A stretch of 60,955 bases of DNA, filler included, from Sphacelaria rigidula (taxonomy: Eukaryota): NCBI GenBank assembly GCA_964200075.2. It is 10 parts of 10 records of this genome, joined end to end, with 100 filler letters (N's around TTAATTAATTAA, not from the genome) between each part and the next. Parts side by side here need not be neighbours in the genome. Positions count along the whole stretch, not along the records: positions 48,846 to 54,850 come from CAXNAA020022856.1; positions 54,951 to 60,955 come from CAXNAA020022857.1; 8 more parts are not named here. One strand, 5' to 3'. The stretch's first letter is position 1. Every line of letters begins with the position of its first letter. Positions 49,859 through 60,955 of this stretch are shown here, piece by piece. A model generated the notes under the pieces. It was given only the letters and a program-made list of their open reading frames with translations, did not search any database and had not been told where the DNA came from. The translations under genes and the position numbers were made by a program.

Positions 49859-50378
49859 CACACGTGGACAGGAGAGGCGGTCCAAATTTCGGATTTCCAT
49901 TGCACTTGTGCCGCTAAAAACTATCCGGGGGATTTCAGTGTTGACACGGACTTTCGAGGGCCCCAAAATTGAAAATCCCCAAATTTCAGAAGTACGAAGA
50001 ATACGCCCCATTTGCAATGACTATCATGTGTAGCTCAGTGTATAACCGGTTGCGCGTATATCGATGAGATCGTGGGTTTGACTCTCCGTCCAACCTTGAT
50101 CAGTCCTTTTTTCCCGCCAGTATACCTTGCCCGCAGCTGCATGTGGGGGGTAGTGTTTGTGGGTAAACATACTGCACAGCATCGCCAGCAGCGATGAACT
50201 CTTCTCGGGGCGACGGAACCCTGTGATGCACACTATTCATGACCACTGTAGACAAACCCGGTGGAGCGTCCTGTGCTACGCTGGAAAACACTGTACAGTA
50301 AAATTCCCGCCAGTACCACTGCGCAGGGTACATAAACCCTGTAGACCCCCTTCCCAGGGTGCTATCTGTCCACGTGTG
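49859..50378. mobile_element. ~520-bp non-autonomous TIR element (CACACGTGGACAG ends); the right half is also present at 48846-49088 with a ~50-bp internal tandem duplication
   Basis: CACACGTGGACAG...CTGTCCACGTGTG. 50189-50378 is colinear with 48846-49088. Confidence 0.8.
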
Positions 50379-52091
50379 AGTACACTACTTACAAACGATA
50401 GCAGCACACTGTCGTACCCTACGAACTTACGTGGCAAACGAGAAAGATACCATCTAAGGGTATGCGTGAAACTGTGCGGCGCCCAGGTGTAGGGTTTGGG
50501 TTCTATTCTGAACCGGAACCAAGTGCGCCGCTATTGTGCTGCAGTGTAAAACCCACAGAGAAATGAATAGCTAGATTACTGCTGTATACGATTTCAACAT
50601 CAACTCTCTCTGCGAGAAGCTGGGGAACATCCCGATCGAAAACGATCCATCCAGCCTTCACTCGCTGCCGCCCTAGGAATCCCGCAGAGCACTCTTTTCG
50701 ACAACCTCACGAAGCTCGGCCTACTGTACGTATTGTCTCACGCGACCTCAAACCGCTGCTCTCGGACAGCGACAAAAAAGAAGGGGTGGAGTGTGCCGTG
50801 CGGTGGTGATAACCGACTGCTGGTGGAAGTTTCAGGTTCCTAAAGTTCGAGGCACTCAATCAATACCCAGAATTTCCCCCGGTCCCGGAGCTTGCTGCAT
50901 TGGAAACTCGGGGATGATATTCGGTATTCGGTCATCTCCTGGTCACCCCGGGGAATATTTTCTTGCGTCCCTCAACTTCTTCAACTGCATATATATTATT
51001 CTTCACTATGTTTGTCCGCATTCCGCGTCTCTGGACGCAGGTGCAACAATTACGGGGCCTGAGATCTCACCATTCCCCCGAAGTCCGACGCACCAGCGGC
51101 CAGTGTTTCGTTCTTCCGTTTCTCTGTGATCAACAGCGTCTCCCGCTTTTTCTTGGAAAATTGCGCTTTCGCCGATTTATTCATTCAGAATTTCACATTT
51201 TTTCGCGACTTCGCCACCACTGACTACTCTACCCCTCTGTCGGAATTTCAATTTTTCGGCTACTTCGACCACTGGCAACTGCACCTCTCTCGGATTATGA
51301 TACTCTTTTCTCTTGCCACTTCGGCACTACCTAACGAGTGACTTCGCCAGCCGTTTGAGCGGAATTTACCCTGGAACCAGTGACGTTTCCAGCCGTTTGA
51401 CCTCCTTTTGCGCCCAGTGACGCTCCCGGCCCTTTGACTACTGGTTCGCAATATTTTATTCTTCCATTTCTCTGTGGTCACTACAGGGTTTTCTTCCGTT
51501 TCCTCTCTACGGCCTTGAAAATAATTTTTTCGTTTTTTCTTCAGCCCGTCTCGAGCCTCCTTCCCGGCCGTCCGCACCTCTCTCGCTGTTGGCGACACCT
51601 ACCTCTCTACTTCTCCACCACTACCCAACTTGCCTCCTTTCTGCAGCAATTTGTTTTGTTGGAGCTCACCGCGTGCCGCGCCTGGCGCGAAGGTGCCCCG
51701 TACATCCTGGGGTAGTGCAAACGTACTTGAATATCACCGCTAGTAAGTATGCCTTGACTGAGATTGCTCCGGCCGAGCGCACAAACGTAGGCCTTGATAT
51801 CTTGGAAACGATGTCGATTTCACAAATTTATATTTTGATGCCGTCAGCAAATGGACACCTGCGGCGGTCCAAGACTTTGCTTTGTTATAAACCCCCTTCT
51901 TCAAAATATCCGCGTCTTCATTGACTGACCCAACTGCACTTCAGCACTAACCCAGCCTTATCCCGAGAAAGGCAGACCTCGAACACTCGGGCAGCCATGG
52001 TTCTCTATCGCTCCGTAGGCAGAGAGGGCTTCGTCCGATGGCGTAAATAGAAACCCTTCGACCCAGTTGAAGTGCTCATTCAGTGGTATAA

Positions 52092-54850
52092 TGTCTTGAA
52101 GATATTGGGAATCCCAGTAGACGAGATTGTAGGTCTGTTCAGAGTTGGTCGAGTCAGGATGTGAGCTTGTATATTTGCAAACGATGGCGAGATATATCGG
52201 CTGGGACCGACATAGCTCGCCCATCCTCCACCACTATCAACTGCTCCCCTCTGCTAGCCAGCAAAAGTCGCTGGTCCCTGCTCCCCCGAATCCCAATGTG
52301 GAATCCGGAGTTAGGATTGCGCCCTCAGTCGAGTCGTTGCCCCTGGACACACGTGTCCAGCTCAGCCCTGCCACAGTTGCTTCAACCGTGGCACCCCGTT
52401 GCTTGACGGCTGACAACTCTCGAGACGATTCTGTCCCGACGAAGCGCATCGCTTCCGGAGCAAGAGACCTTGTCACACGGGCTGCTTCCGTTACGGACCC
52501 CCTTCGCACGACTCTTGATAGTCTCATGCGCCCTACTGCGCAGTTCAATGTCGGACTTGCAGTTGCGGCCATGCATGCTGCCATGCAAACTCTGCATCGC
52601 ACCTCCTCGGCGTCATCGCTATCGCCAGCGCCCGCTCTCACCGAGGCATTTACAGCTTTTTGCCACGCCACGCTCCAAGACCAGTCGGCGTCTGCATGTG
52701 CAATTCAATGATGATTCTGCACCTGCCACGCCCAAACTCGTACGTCTGGCGTCCCGTTCGGCGACATCGCGTCCTCCCTTCGTCACTCATGATACATTCA
52801 ACGAACATGAGTCCAGCCCTTCCTCAAGGTCGCAACAGAGCCATACTCACGCTTCTGACCGGCGCCGCACACCGAGACTTGGTCATGACCATGTCTCCCG
52901 TTCTAACAGTTCTAAGGGCGACTCCCAGCAAAGCTTGAATTCATCGCGCGCTTCCACACGCCCGAAGAATATCGCTCATGGACACAAATATGACGATAGT
53001 TCACGCCATAGTTCCAATTCATCCCGCGCTCCTAAGCGCCCGGTGAACACTAACCATGGCCGTACTCACGAGGATGACTTGCGGCCCAGATCAAGTTCTT
53101 CGCGCATTAACTCGCGTTCGAACAACTCCGACCATGCACCTTCGCGCATCTCTACTGCTCAGCCTTCGTCACACAACCGTTATGTACGCAATGATAACAC
53201 GGTACATGCTGACGATATCCAAAACATATTTTCGGACATGTCACCGGCCCCGGAATCCTCACTTGCAGGATCCGACCGCACCTCATCGCACAGCCGACGA
53301 CAACGCACTGACCGCGAACCACCGTCTCGTTCCAACGCTGCACTTATTCGTTCTCTGCAACAACGTTTGACAGATCTTAAACGACAGCTGGCAACATCAA
53401 CCATGGACACGAAGTGCACTACCGCTGCTGCTAAGCCTACGAGGGAGACCACCAACGCCGCTCCCACTACCGCCGCAGCCGCAACTACCGTGTTCACTGC
53501 GCCTTCTGCAGCAGCCACTGCAGCCACGGCCCCAACTCCTGCTGCCGCCCAGTCTGCAGTAGACACTGATGAGGATAGTGGTCCCACCACTGCCCCTGTC
53601 AGGGACGTCTCCGTGCGCTCGCCTCCTTCGGTGGAGGATCTTTCTCCGCTCGTCGATGAGCATTGCCCCACCGGGCTTCTCTTGAGAATATTCCAGGACT
53701 GCCTCCGCGCGGAACAAGAACGGCTCATTCAAGACTACAACTTCCAAGCCCCGGCGCTAACTTGCAATATACTAGACGAGCAACGCAATACCGACGAGGC
53801 TGCCGCCCGCCTCCTTTTGAAAGAACATGCTGCAAAGCTGAAGGATTTTTAGCGACAGGCTTCACTTGCCCAAGCCACCAAGACGGCGGCGCACAGGGCA
53901 TTAGAAGAAGGGCAGACTGCAGCCTCGACGGCACAAAGGAGGGTTCGTGAGCTACAAGATCATGTTCGGCGCACTACGCAAGCAGCGGATTCGTCGATGG
54001 CGCGGGTGACACAGCATCAAGCCTCCCCGCCGCCTTCCGCCGACCACTTGCTTGAAGCTCGACCTCCTCGACAGCCCACGAACACCAGGTCGGACTACGT
54101 GATACCACGTAAGTCCGTCAGGGCGTCATCTGTCGCGGCCATCGCCGCCCCCACGCCGCCTCGTGCACCTGGCCCGGCGGTCACTGCCAGCCCCCCCACA
54201 CGCTTGCAACTTGCATCACACGAACGAGTGTGGCTTTCTCGGTCTGCGGCCGATTATACTGACCCATTTCACCGAAACAATCACCTGCACTGTTCCCGCC
54301 ACGTTTGGAACGCCATATCCCAACGCATATTAGCCGTTATTGGTGGCTACGTGGAACAGGGCGGCTTCGTCCCGGACGCCGGCGTGTCGGCGATCACGTT
54401 GGGCCAACTGGTCCTCCAGGCGACAATCGGCGATAGTCCGCATCTCCACCGGTACGTCGACACTGTCACCAATCTTTTTGCGGCGCTACGTGCCGCTTCT
54501 AACTCTGATCCCGCCACGACTCTCCTCGATGGAAAGAAGATGAAGATGGGTGGACTCCCGCAACATCCAACTGCCGGGGACCGAAGAAAAACCACCAGCG
54601 CGACGACGATGATACTGATGACGGGAATTCACGCCGCCGCCATGGCGGTGGAGGATCCTCTTCGGGCGGTTCCGGATCAAACCACCCGCCCCGCAAGCCG
54701 AAAGGCAAGCACACCGGAAGCACCTCTTCCGGATCATCCGCATCGGCCTGGAACCGGTCCGGTGCAGCTCTTCCCGCCTCGGGCTCGGAGACCCCCAGGC
54801 AAGTGGTTCCTAAGTTGGCTGATGTTTCGGCCCGCATTTTAGGTTTGTCC
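52092..54850 (+). pseudogene. Large orphan ORF1/gag-like frame (~900 codons) with a few lesions; probable retroelement ORF1, truncated by contig end
   Basis: ORFs 52470-53852 and 53997-54842 are in frame through a single TAG, and a coiled-coil-like stretch continues across it. Frameshifts at ~52175, ~52695 and ~54530. No evident introns. S/R/H-rich and A/T/P-rich linkers. Confidence 0.55.
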
Positions 54851-55635
54851 NNNNNNNNNNNNNNNNNNNNNNNNNNNNNNNNNNNNNNNNNNNNTTAATT
54901 AATTAANNNNNNNNNNNNNNNNNNNNNNNNNNNNNNNNNNNNNNNNNNNNTGGTTGGGGCACCCCCCCCCCCCCCCCCCCCCACTGAGGTAAAGACCCTG
55001 TCCCAGGGCTTTTCTTCTGACGCCGAAAGGGTATACGTGCGTGTCACATTTCACAGAAGGTAGTTTTACTATTTCATGCGGAAGTCATGAACCATCTGCA
55101 ACGATACTAGAAACCCACTTGAGCCTCGACCACGCCTCTCACCGGTAGGGTTGACTCCAGTCGGTCCCCAAAACTCACCGTTGAACGAATACTTGATTAT
55201 TATCCTCTAGATTATCGCGTTCTAATATTTTTGGTGGTCGGCTTTTCAGATGCTCGACAGCGTGCACAGGAGGCGTTTTTGCTGCCAATCGCCGCCGTAG
55301 GCGCCATTCTGAGGTCTTTCAACGCACAGTGTGCATTGAACGCCGTATGCACCCCCCCTTGCCCAAGGGATATCGGTGTATCTCAGATTGGGGTCGGGGT
55401 TGTTCAAGGTTAGCCTTCGGGTGTGACAAACAAAAATAGGGAAGTACATTCCAAGGGGGTGTTGCGTAGGGTAAATGCCGGGGCATTTACTCTTCCGAGT
55501 ATTGTGTTGCGATGGTCTGATATCCAAACTTTACCAAAAATATTGGGTGAAGTTAAGTACGATCGCATTACTCTACCCGATATCTGGCTTTTATTGAGTA
55601 CGATTCCACTCCTCTACCCAAATTTGGGGTACTTG

Positions 55636-56139
55636 GGCCGGATGTTATGGTACACAGATTTTTGGCTCACGGATTGTTCACTCTTGGGACGTTTGATCCA
55701 CGTTTTGATCCCCAAACAGGGAAAACCGCCAACACACTTCTTGGATACTCGGCATCACCCCACAGAGAGGAGCCTAGCCCACTTTTCAGATTCGCTAGCC
55801 CACTTTTCAGATTCGCTTGACTCCAAGGTTTCGACAGTGGCCGCCGAACAATAATCCGTGTGCAATGAAACCTACGGCGATCTCCACAGATTATTGGGCC
55901 AACTGCCGTATGTTGGCAAGCATAGATTATTGCACACGAATTATTGTTCAGCGGCCAACCTCGAAACCTTGGAGCCAAGCGGATCTGAAAAGTGGGCTAG
56001 ACTCCTCTCTGTGGGGTGATGCAAAGTGTCCAAGACGTGTGTTGTGCAATTTTTCCCTGTTTGGGGGTCAAAACGTGGGCCAAACGTCCCAAAAGTGGTC
56101 AATCCGTGGGTCAAAAATCTGATGCCATAACATCCGGCC
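55636..56139. mobile_element. 504-bp fold-back MITE, PIF/Harbinger-like, 3-bp TSD TTG
   Basis: GGCCGGATGTTATGG...CCATAACATCCGGCC with ~230-bp arms and TTG on both sides. The left arm has a 21-bp tandem duplication (55776-55817). Confidence 0.88.
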
Positions 56140-56544
56140 TTGAAGTACGATTTTTGAAAATACCCAAACGCAGGAAATATCCTTCCCCTCTCACACCTTT
56201 GGTGTGTTTTATTTTTGGATTTTGGCGACCGTCTTGCGTAAACGTAGTGCCTGATTTCTAATGGCGATTTGTTTTAATTCCATACACCGTGCGTGGTCAT
56301 GATGGATTGAGAAAGTGATCGCTTGGTGTGGTGTGCTTGTTAAATTTCGATGTCGCGATTCTTTTCAAAGACGAACATTTCTTTTCTATGCACGCGAGGT
56401 CATGGTCGATTGGCGGAATGTGACGAATTCGTTCGCTGGACACCCATCGCCGTGTAATTTTGTTTTTTCAACAACAGTGTGCATGAGGTCGATTGACTTG
56501 AATGACAGGTTAGACGAGTCAGGTTCACTTGATTCAACCGCACA

Positions 56545-56990
56545 AGGTCGCTCCTCATAACAGACAAGAATAATAATCTGGAAAACTGCCTTTTTGGAGC
56601 TTCTACGTCCTTCTACGCCGTACACGAGAGCTAGGCGTAGTTTGACTCTTTGGAATGACTTGCTCTACTCGTTTTCCGGTGGTCGCAGTTTTTATTTCGG
56701 CCAAAAAAAAATATATCTGAGAACGATCAAGAACGGTCAAATCTAGAAAAAATCGCCATTTTTCTCTGGATTTGACCGTTGTTGGACGAAAAATCTTGTG
56801 TAACCAAGATAAAAACTGCGTCCACCGGAGAACAGGCAAATATCCTGGAATCGCCGTAACCAGTATAGAGCAAGTCATTCCGAGGTGTCACATTCCGCCT
56901 AGCTCTCTTTCAGGGCGTAAAACGACGTAGACGCTCCAAAAAAGGCACTTTCCCAGATTTGTTATTTTTGTCTGATAAAAGCAGCGGCCT
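56545..56990. mobile_element. Palindromic MITE family B, full copy
   Basis: AGGTCGCTCC...GCAGCGGCCT with self-complementary arms; colinear with 30531-30907. Confidence 0.85.
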
Positions 56991-57503
56991 GAAGGAGCAG
57001 CCTGAAGGATCATGCCAAATTGTTTCGTGGAATGGCTTCAGTTCCTCCGGTTGCCTTCCATGGCTGTCGTCGTTCATAGGATATACAGCTTTGTTTCGTC
57101 ATCTCTGATGCCACTCACTGTGTAAACCGGTAAGCTGCACGTGAAGATATGAAGGATTGTTGGATCGCGAAGGGGTTTGAGATGTTGCCGAGAGAGGAAG
57201 ATGCATCGGGGCGCAAATTTAAGCAGGACGTTGGGCGAAGGTTTATCTTGGACACTTCATCTATCTTGTGTTGTTGTGAACCAACTGAATTGTGTGCTCT
57301 TTTGTTGTTCTGTTTTTTTTTTTTCTAATTTGTTCGTTTGTTGACACATTATTTTGGTTTCGAGACGTAGTTTCTTCCCTTGTTTTGCGTACGTTGGAAG
57401 TTTTGTCTTGGCCGCTTTCTGACTATTATAATCCTCCATACTCATTCCTCCCTTGATGTGTTTATTTTTGCTTGTGTGTCCTCATAATTATTTTTTCTTC
57501 TAG

Positions 57504-60310
57504 GTTTGTGCGGTTCGCCAATATGCTCATCAATGACAGCATTTTCCACATGGACGATGCCATGAAGAAGCTCGCCAGCATCAAGGCCGCACAGGTACTT
57601 GTAAAGCCCATGGAAAATGATGAATGTATGTGCGTATCATGTATCCTTCGTCTATTTTGTAATTTGTGTTTGTACGTTTGCACCTCGTCCCCGTTCCCCC
57701 CCCCTCCCCCCCTCCTAATGCTGTAGGCGTGTTGCTGTCAGTAAGTAGTCTCTTGACTCTCGAAACGCTTACGAGACGGTTTTCACGATGTCAACAGAGT
57801 AAGTGGTGAAAAAATGTACTGCGTACAGTGTCGACTATTGCGTGTATTTTAAGAGACCAGTAGATTCCATACTGTACGCTGTACATTTTTTGACAATGCT
57901 TTTTTTTCCCCCCTTGAAGAAACAGGAAACCTTACCCAACACTTACCCCGCCAACGGGTTGGTGTGCTGATTACCTGGAGGCCTCTGCTACACCACCGTG
58001 TGGCAGTCATATAGGGTAGGCGCCGTGGGCATTTGCAAAGCTTTGCTCAAGGCTGTGTGGGAGTTTGAAGCCACTGGAACCACCTGTCAACTTGCCTCAA
58101 TGCACGCACTGCCCTACTCTTATGAGCCTCGGCCCTTGGATATCCAGGGTGTGAAGGCAAGAGCAGTCAGTCGTCATCTTTTTTTTTTCACGCATTGCGG
58201 TAGCCGTTTTTCAGGCCTACAGTCTAAATATTGAAGATTCCCGGTTGATCATGCATAGAAGAAATGCCGTCACTTCTGCACTGAGAGGTGTGTTGTATTT
58301 GGCACAGATGAACCCACTGGATAATGGCTACTACTACTATTACTACTATCATTATACTGCACGGAACAAGAGTGGATTATTTGGCTCTTGGGTAGGGGTA
58401 GCATTTTTCGTGTGATGAGACGGTCATGCGGGCATTGCCGCATCGGACTCAAAATGATTTTCTCCACTCCACTGCCTGAGAGGATTACCCTCGAAAGGAT
58501 TCCGGCATACTTTGATCATTTTTGGCGCACGCGGTTTGACTTTTTCTTGTTTTTGTTTCTGGAAGAAAATGTGCGAATTTGTCAAAAACTAAAAAGCCCC
58601 AGTCGCGATTCGTGAAAGTGTGTGGACTTTCAGTTGCACCTTTTTTTTTTTTAAACGGGAAAAATGTATACGCTTTATTATACTGTACACGACTTTGGAC
58701 CTGTTGTTTTGTGTCTTCTGGGCCAGAGACGAACTTCGCCCACCAGGAATGGCCAAAATGTGCCTCAGTCTTCTGAGACAGACAGTAGTATAGCGAGATA
58801 TCCCGAGGGACCTTCATTCGATTGGCTAACACGCGACGAACGCTGCCAAAGGGTAAAACAACATGCAGGGTTGATCGGTGTGTAATGTGTTGTCGTCCCA
58901 TCTACTCAGGACACCGGTCGACACCTTTCGGTATATATGGGCGCACCAGTCGGGGTCACACAGGAGGAAGGCTAACACACAAGTTTTTTTCTTCTTTGTT
59001 TGTTGTAGTTCACCACCTTCCTTTCTGCGGTGCTTGCCTTGATTTTTTATCGCGAGAGGGGCCCAATAGTCTCTTCCCCTCGTCGACCATGAGGTCGAAT
59101 TTTGTGTACCCACGACATGGTCGGACATGGTCGCCCTCCACTGCCGGGCATTGTGTGAAAACAAATCCCAGATTGCTCCGAGATTCGAACCCACGACCCA
59201 ACCGTCGAAAGGTTTCAAAGATACCATCTGAGTCACCGGGGCGACTAGCTTGTAGACCCAGGAGTATGTGTGATGGGAGTTTTATGGATGTGGGATTGGT
59301 GTTTCGCTGGTGCAAAGTGCATATGATTCTGAAACATTTAATTTTTTTTTTTTTCTTATCTCCGAGATGCGAGATCTGGTCAGCGCCCTTTTGTGTGCCG
59401 CGCGAGGGAGTCATTGTGGCTGTCGTCAAGGATTTCACACCCTGGACAGAGACAGTAGACAGCATTGGCGAAAAGTGTACTGCGTACAGTATCAGATCTG
59501 TGTATCCTCGACATGATCGTGCTTTTCTCGCTACGCAAGTTTTTTTCGTGATTGTGTTTGGATCTGCAATATCCTGTTGATTGATTGATTGATTGTCGCA
59601 CTATAAGTGACCCCCCAGGGGTCCAGCCGGGGTCTCATGATAGACGTACCCAGGAAAAACGAAACTGAAACACGCCCTGAAAAAAACAAGGAACATGAAA
59701 ACACAAAAAGTCGAACAGAACGACATAGCAGACTTAGTCGTAGCAAAAAAAGAAAAAGTCGCACCTGTGACGTCGTCTCCTCGCCTCGCGATCTATTATA
59801 ATCCGGACATGCCCCGCATCATCCCCTTTGGGTGAACTGGGTGCTGTTGCTTGTGATCATGCACGTAATTCATTTTTGTTAATTCACGTGATATATGTTC
59901 TGTGTGGCGCTGCTTTCGTGCTGTGATTTGCTGTGATTCACGACCTCTGGCGTTCGAACTATGCCATGGCTGTTTTTCTGCTGCGATATTATGTGATCTT
60001 TTGTGATTTTCTTTGATCTGTTGTATCTCATCAGCCATGGGTGAGCCATGTTGTCTTGATGGTTCTTTGTATGTAATTTTGCGATTTTTTTGTTGTATAT
60101 TATGCCCATCTGTGTTTTCTGAACTCATGATCTGTTATCCATGTCGTGTATGATCTCCCGCCATCCGTGTGGTCTACTCGAAATCCGCGATCTGCATGAT
60201 CTGTGGGTCAGGTGCGAGCGGCCGACCAGAGTCTGACTGAAGAGCAGCGCACGGAGGCCAGGGAAGAGGCGGAGGCGGAGGGGAGAAACGCCAAGTTCTA
60301 CCTCAGAGAA
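57504..60310 (+). CDS. UFD2: Ubiquitin conjugation factor E4 (UFD2/UBE4), internal exons 57504-57594 and 60212-60310
   Basis: FVRFANMLINDSIFHMDDAMKKLASIKAAQ splices in phase 0 to VRAADQSLTEEQRTEAREEAEAEGRNAKFYLRE. This matches the Ufd2 core motif FVRF.N.L.ND..F.LDE.L..L..I...Q and the following helix. Confidence 0.82.
58878..59245 (-). mobile_element. Near-full-length tRNA-derived SINE, intronic
   Basis: Head GTCGCCCCGGTGACTCAGATGG (A box) and GGTTCGAATC (B box, 59191-59182). The body is shared with the contig 1 copies, and the tail is AC-rich. Confidence 0.8.
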
Positions 60311-60812
60311 GTAAGGAACATATCAGATAGTCTTGGGAAAATCTGAGAAGGGTTTAAGCGTGCAGGTTTCAATGGATAGGAATAGGGTTCTGACATGGGT
60401 TCTGAGGCGTGAAGGCTTCTCCTTTTTTCCAAGCCGAGGTGAACGATGGTTCGTGAGTGATGGGGCCGTACACTGTGTCACGAGGGGTTGAGGACGGTGT
60501 TGAACGCGGTTGGGCGTGCGGCTCAACAAGTGCATACGGACAGGGTTGGAAGGTATGGCTGGCGAAAAGGTATGGATGAGGAAGGAGTATGGGGTTTAAT
60601 TTTCAGCGCTTAGAGAGGAGGTGAAATTGGAATTCAGGGGAGCAGCGTTGATGGCCATTTATCGTTCGTTGCAATGTTTTTTTTTTCTGCCCTCCTTGTA
60701 TTTTTTTGCTTATTTTGTCTTGTGTGTGTGTTCGTAATCTCCATGGTTGGAGTTCTCTTTGATATACCGGCTGAATAGTGGCGTATTCACCGTAGCATGA
60801 TAATCATACCGC

Positions 60813-60955
60813 CGCGCCCCGGTGGTGTAATGGCCCGACTGTGGCCATTAGGGTGGAGAGAACGGGGGTTCGATTTCCGAAAAGCGTGAGAACGTGAGTA
60901 AACAAAGTAGTCGACTGGGTTTGTGTGACGTGAGTTGACGCGGTGCGGGAGTGCT
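60813..60955 (+). mobile_element. tRNA-derived SINE head
   Basis: GCGCCCCGGTGGTGTAATGG (A box) and GGTTCGATT (B box); similar to 39869-39950. Confidence 0.6.

Noticed and set aside
48846..50378. Pair of LTRs flanking an element
   Set aside because: There are no TG...CA ends, and the second repeat is the right half of a TIR element starting at 49859.
55249..55344. Additional UFD2 exon
   Set aside because: It is AG/GT-bounded, but the translation shows no Ufd2 similarity that I recognise.
59175..59245. Functional tRNA gene (also 36750-36817, 39869-39945, 60813-60885)
   Set aside because: A/B boxes are present but there is no proper cloverleaf, and each is attached to a repeat body.
19671..60310. 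Apparent ubiquitin-ligase cluster (HECT plus UFD2)
   Set aside because: The genes lie on different contigs separated by artificial spacers.

Overview
This window is not one locus. It is ten unrelated short contigs (five of 6006 bp, then five of 6005 bp, apparently sorted by size) joined by identical 100-bp spacers (N44-TTAATTAATTAA-N44), so gene order across spacers has no biological meaning. The DNA is eukaryotic, intron-rich and dense in transposable elements. Short exons in kb-scale introns, polyQ/G-rich exons and the TE mix suggest a brown alga or related stramenopile (inference). Host gene fragments: the C-terminal four exons of a HECT E3 ligase, three exons of a helicase-associated (HA) repeat protein with a probable GC-AG intron, one exon of an MTD1-type methylene-THF dehydrogenase, two exons of a UFD2/UBE4 ligase, an MGNKLS (myristoylation-type) first coding exon and a Q/G/S-rich terminal exon. 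Mobile DNA: a Copia 5' LTR with gag-pol inserted into a decayed intron-containing hAT transposase, a degenerate tyrosine recombinase (DIRS/Ngaro- or Crypton-like), two decayed LINEs, tRNA-derived SINEs, many palindromic MITEs, and a roughly 900-codon orphan ORF1/gag-like frame with a diverged paralogous fragment. I found no prokaryotic operon, CRISPR array, rRNA or intact tRNA, and no convincing novel multi-gene system. The best leads are unclassified TE-like coding regions.
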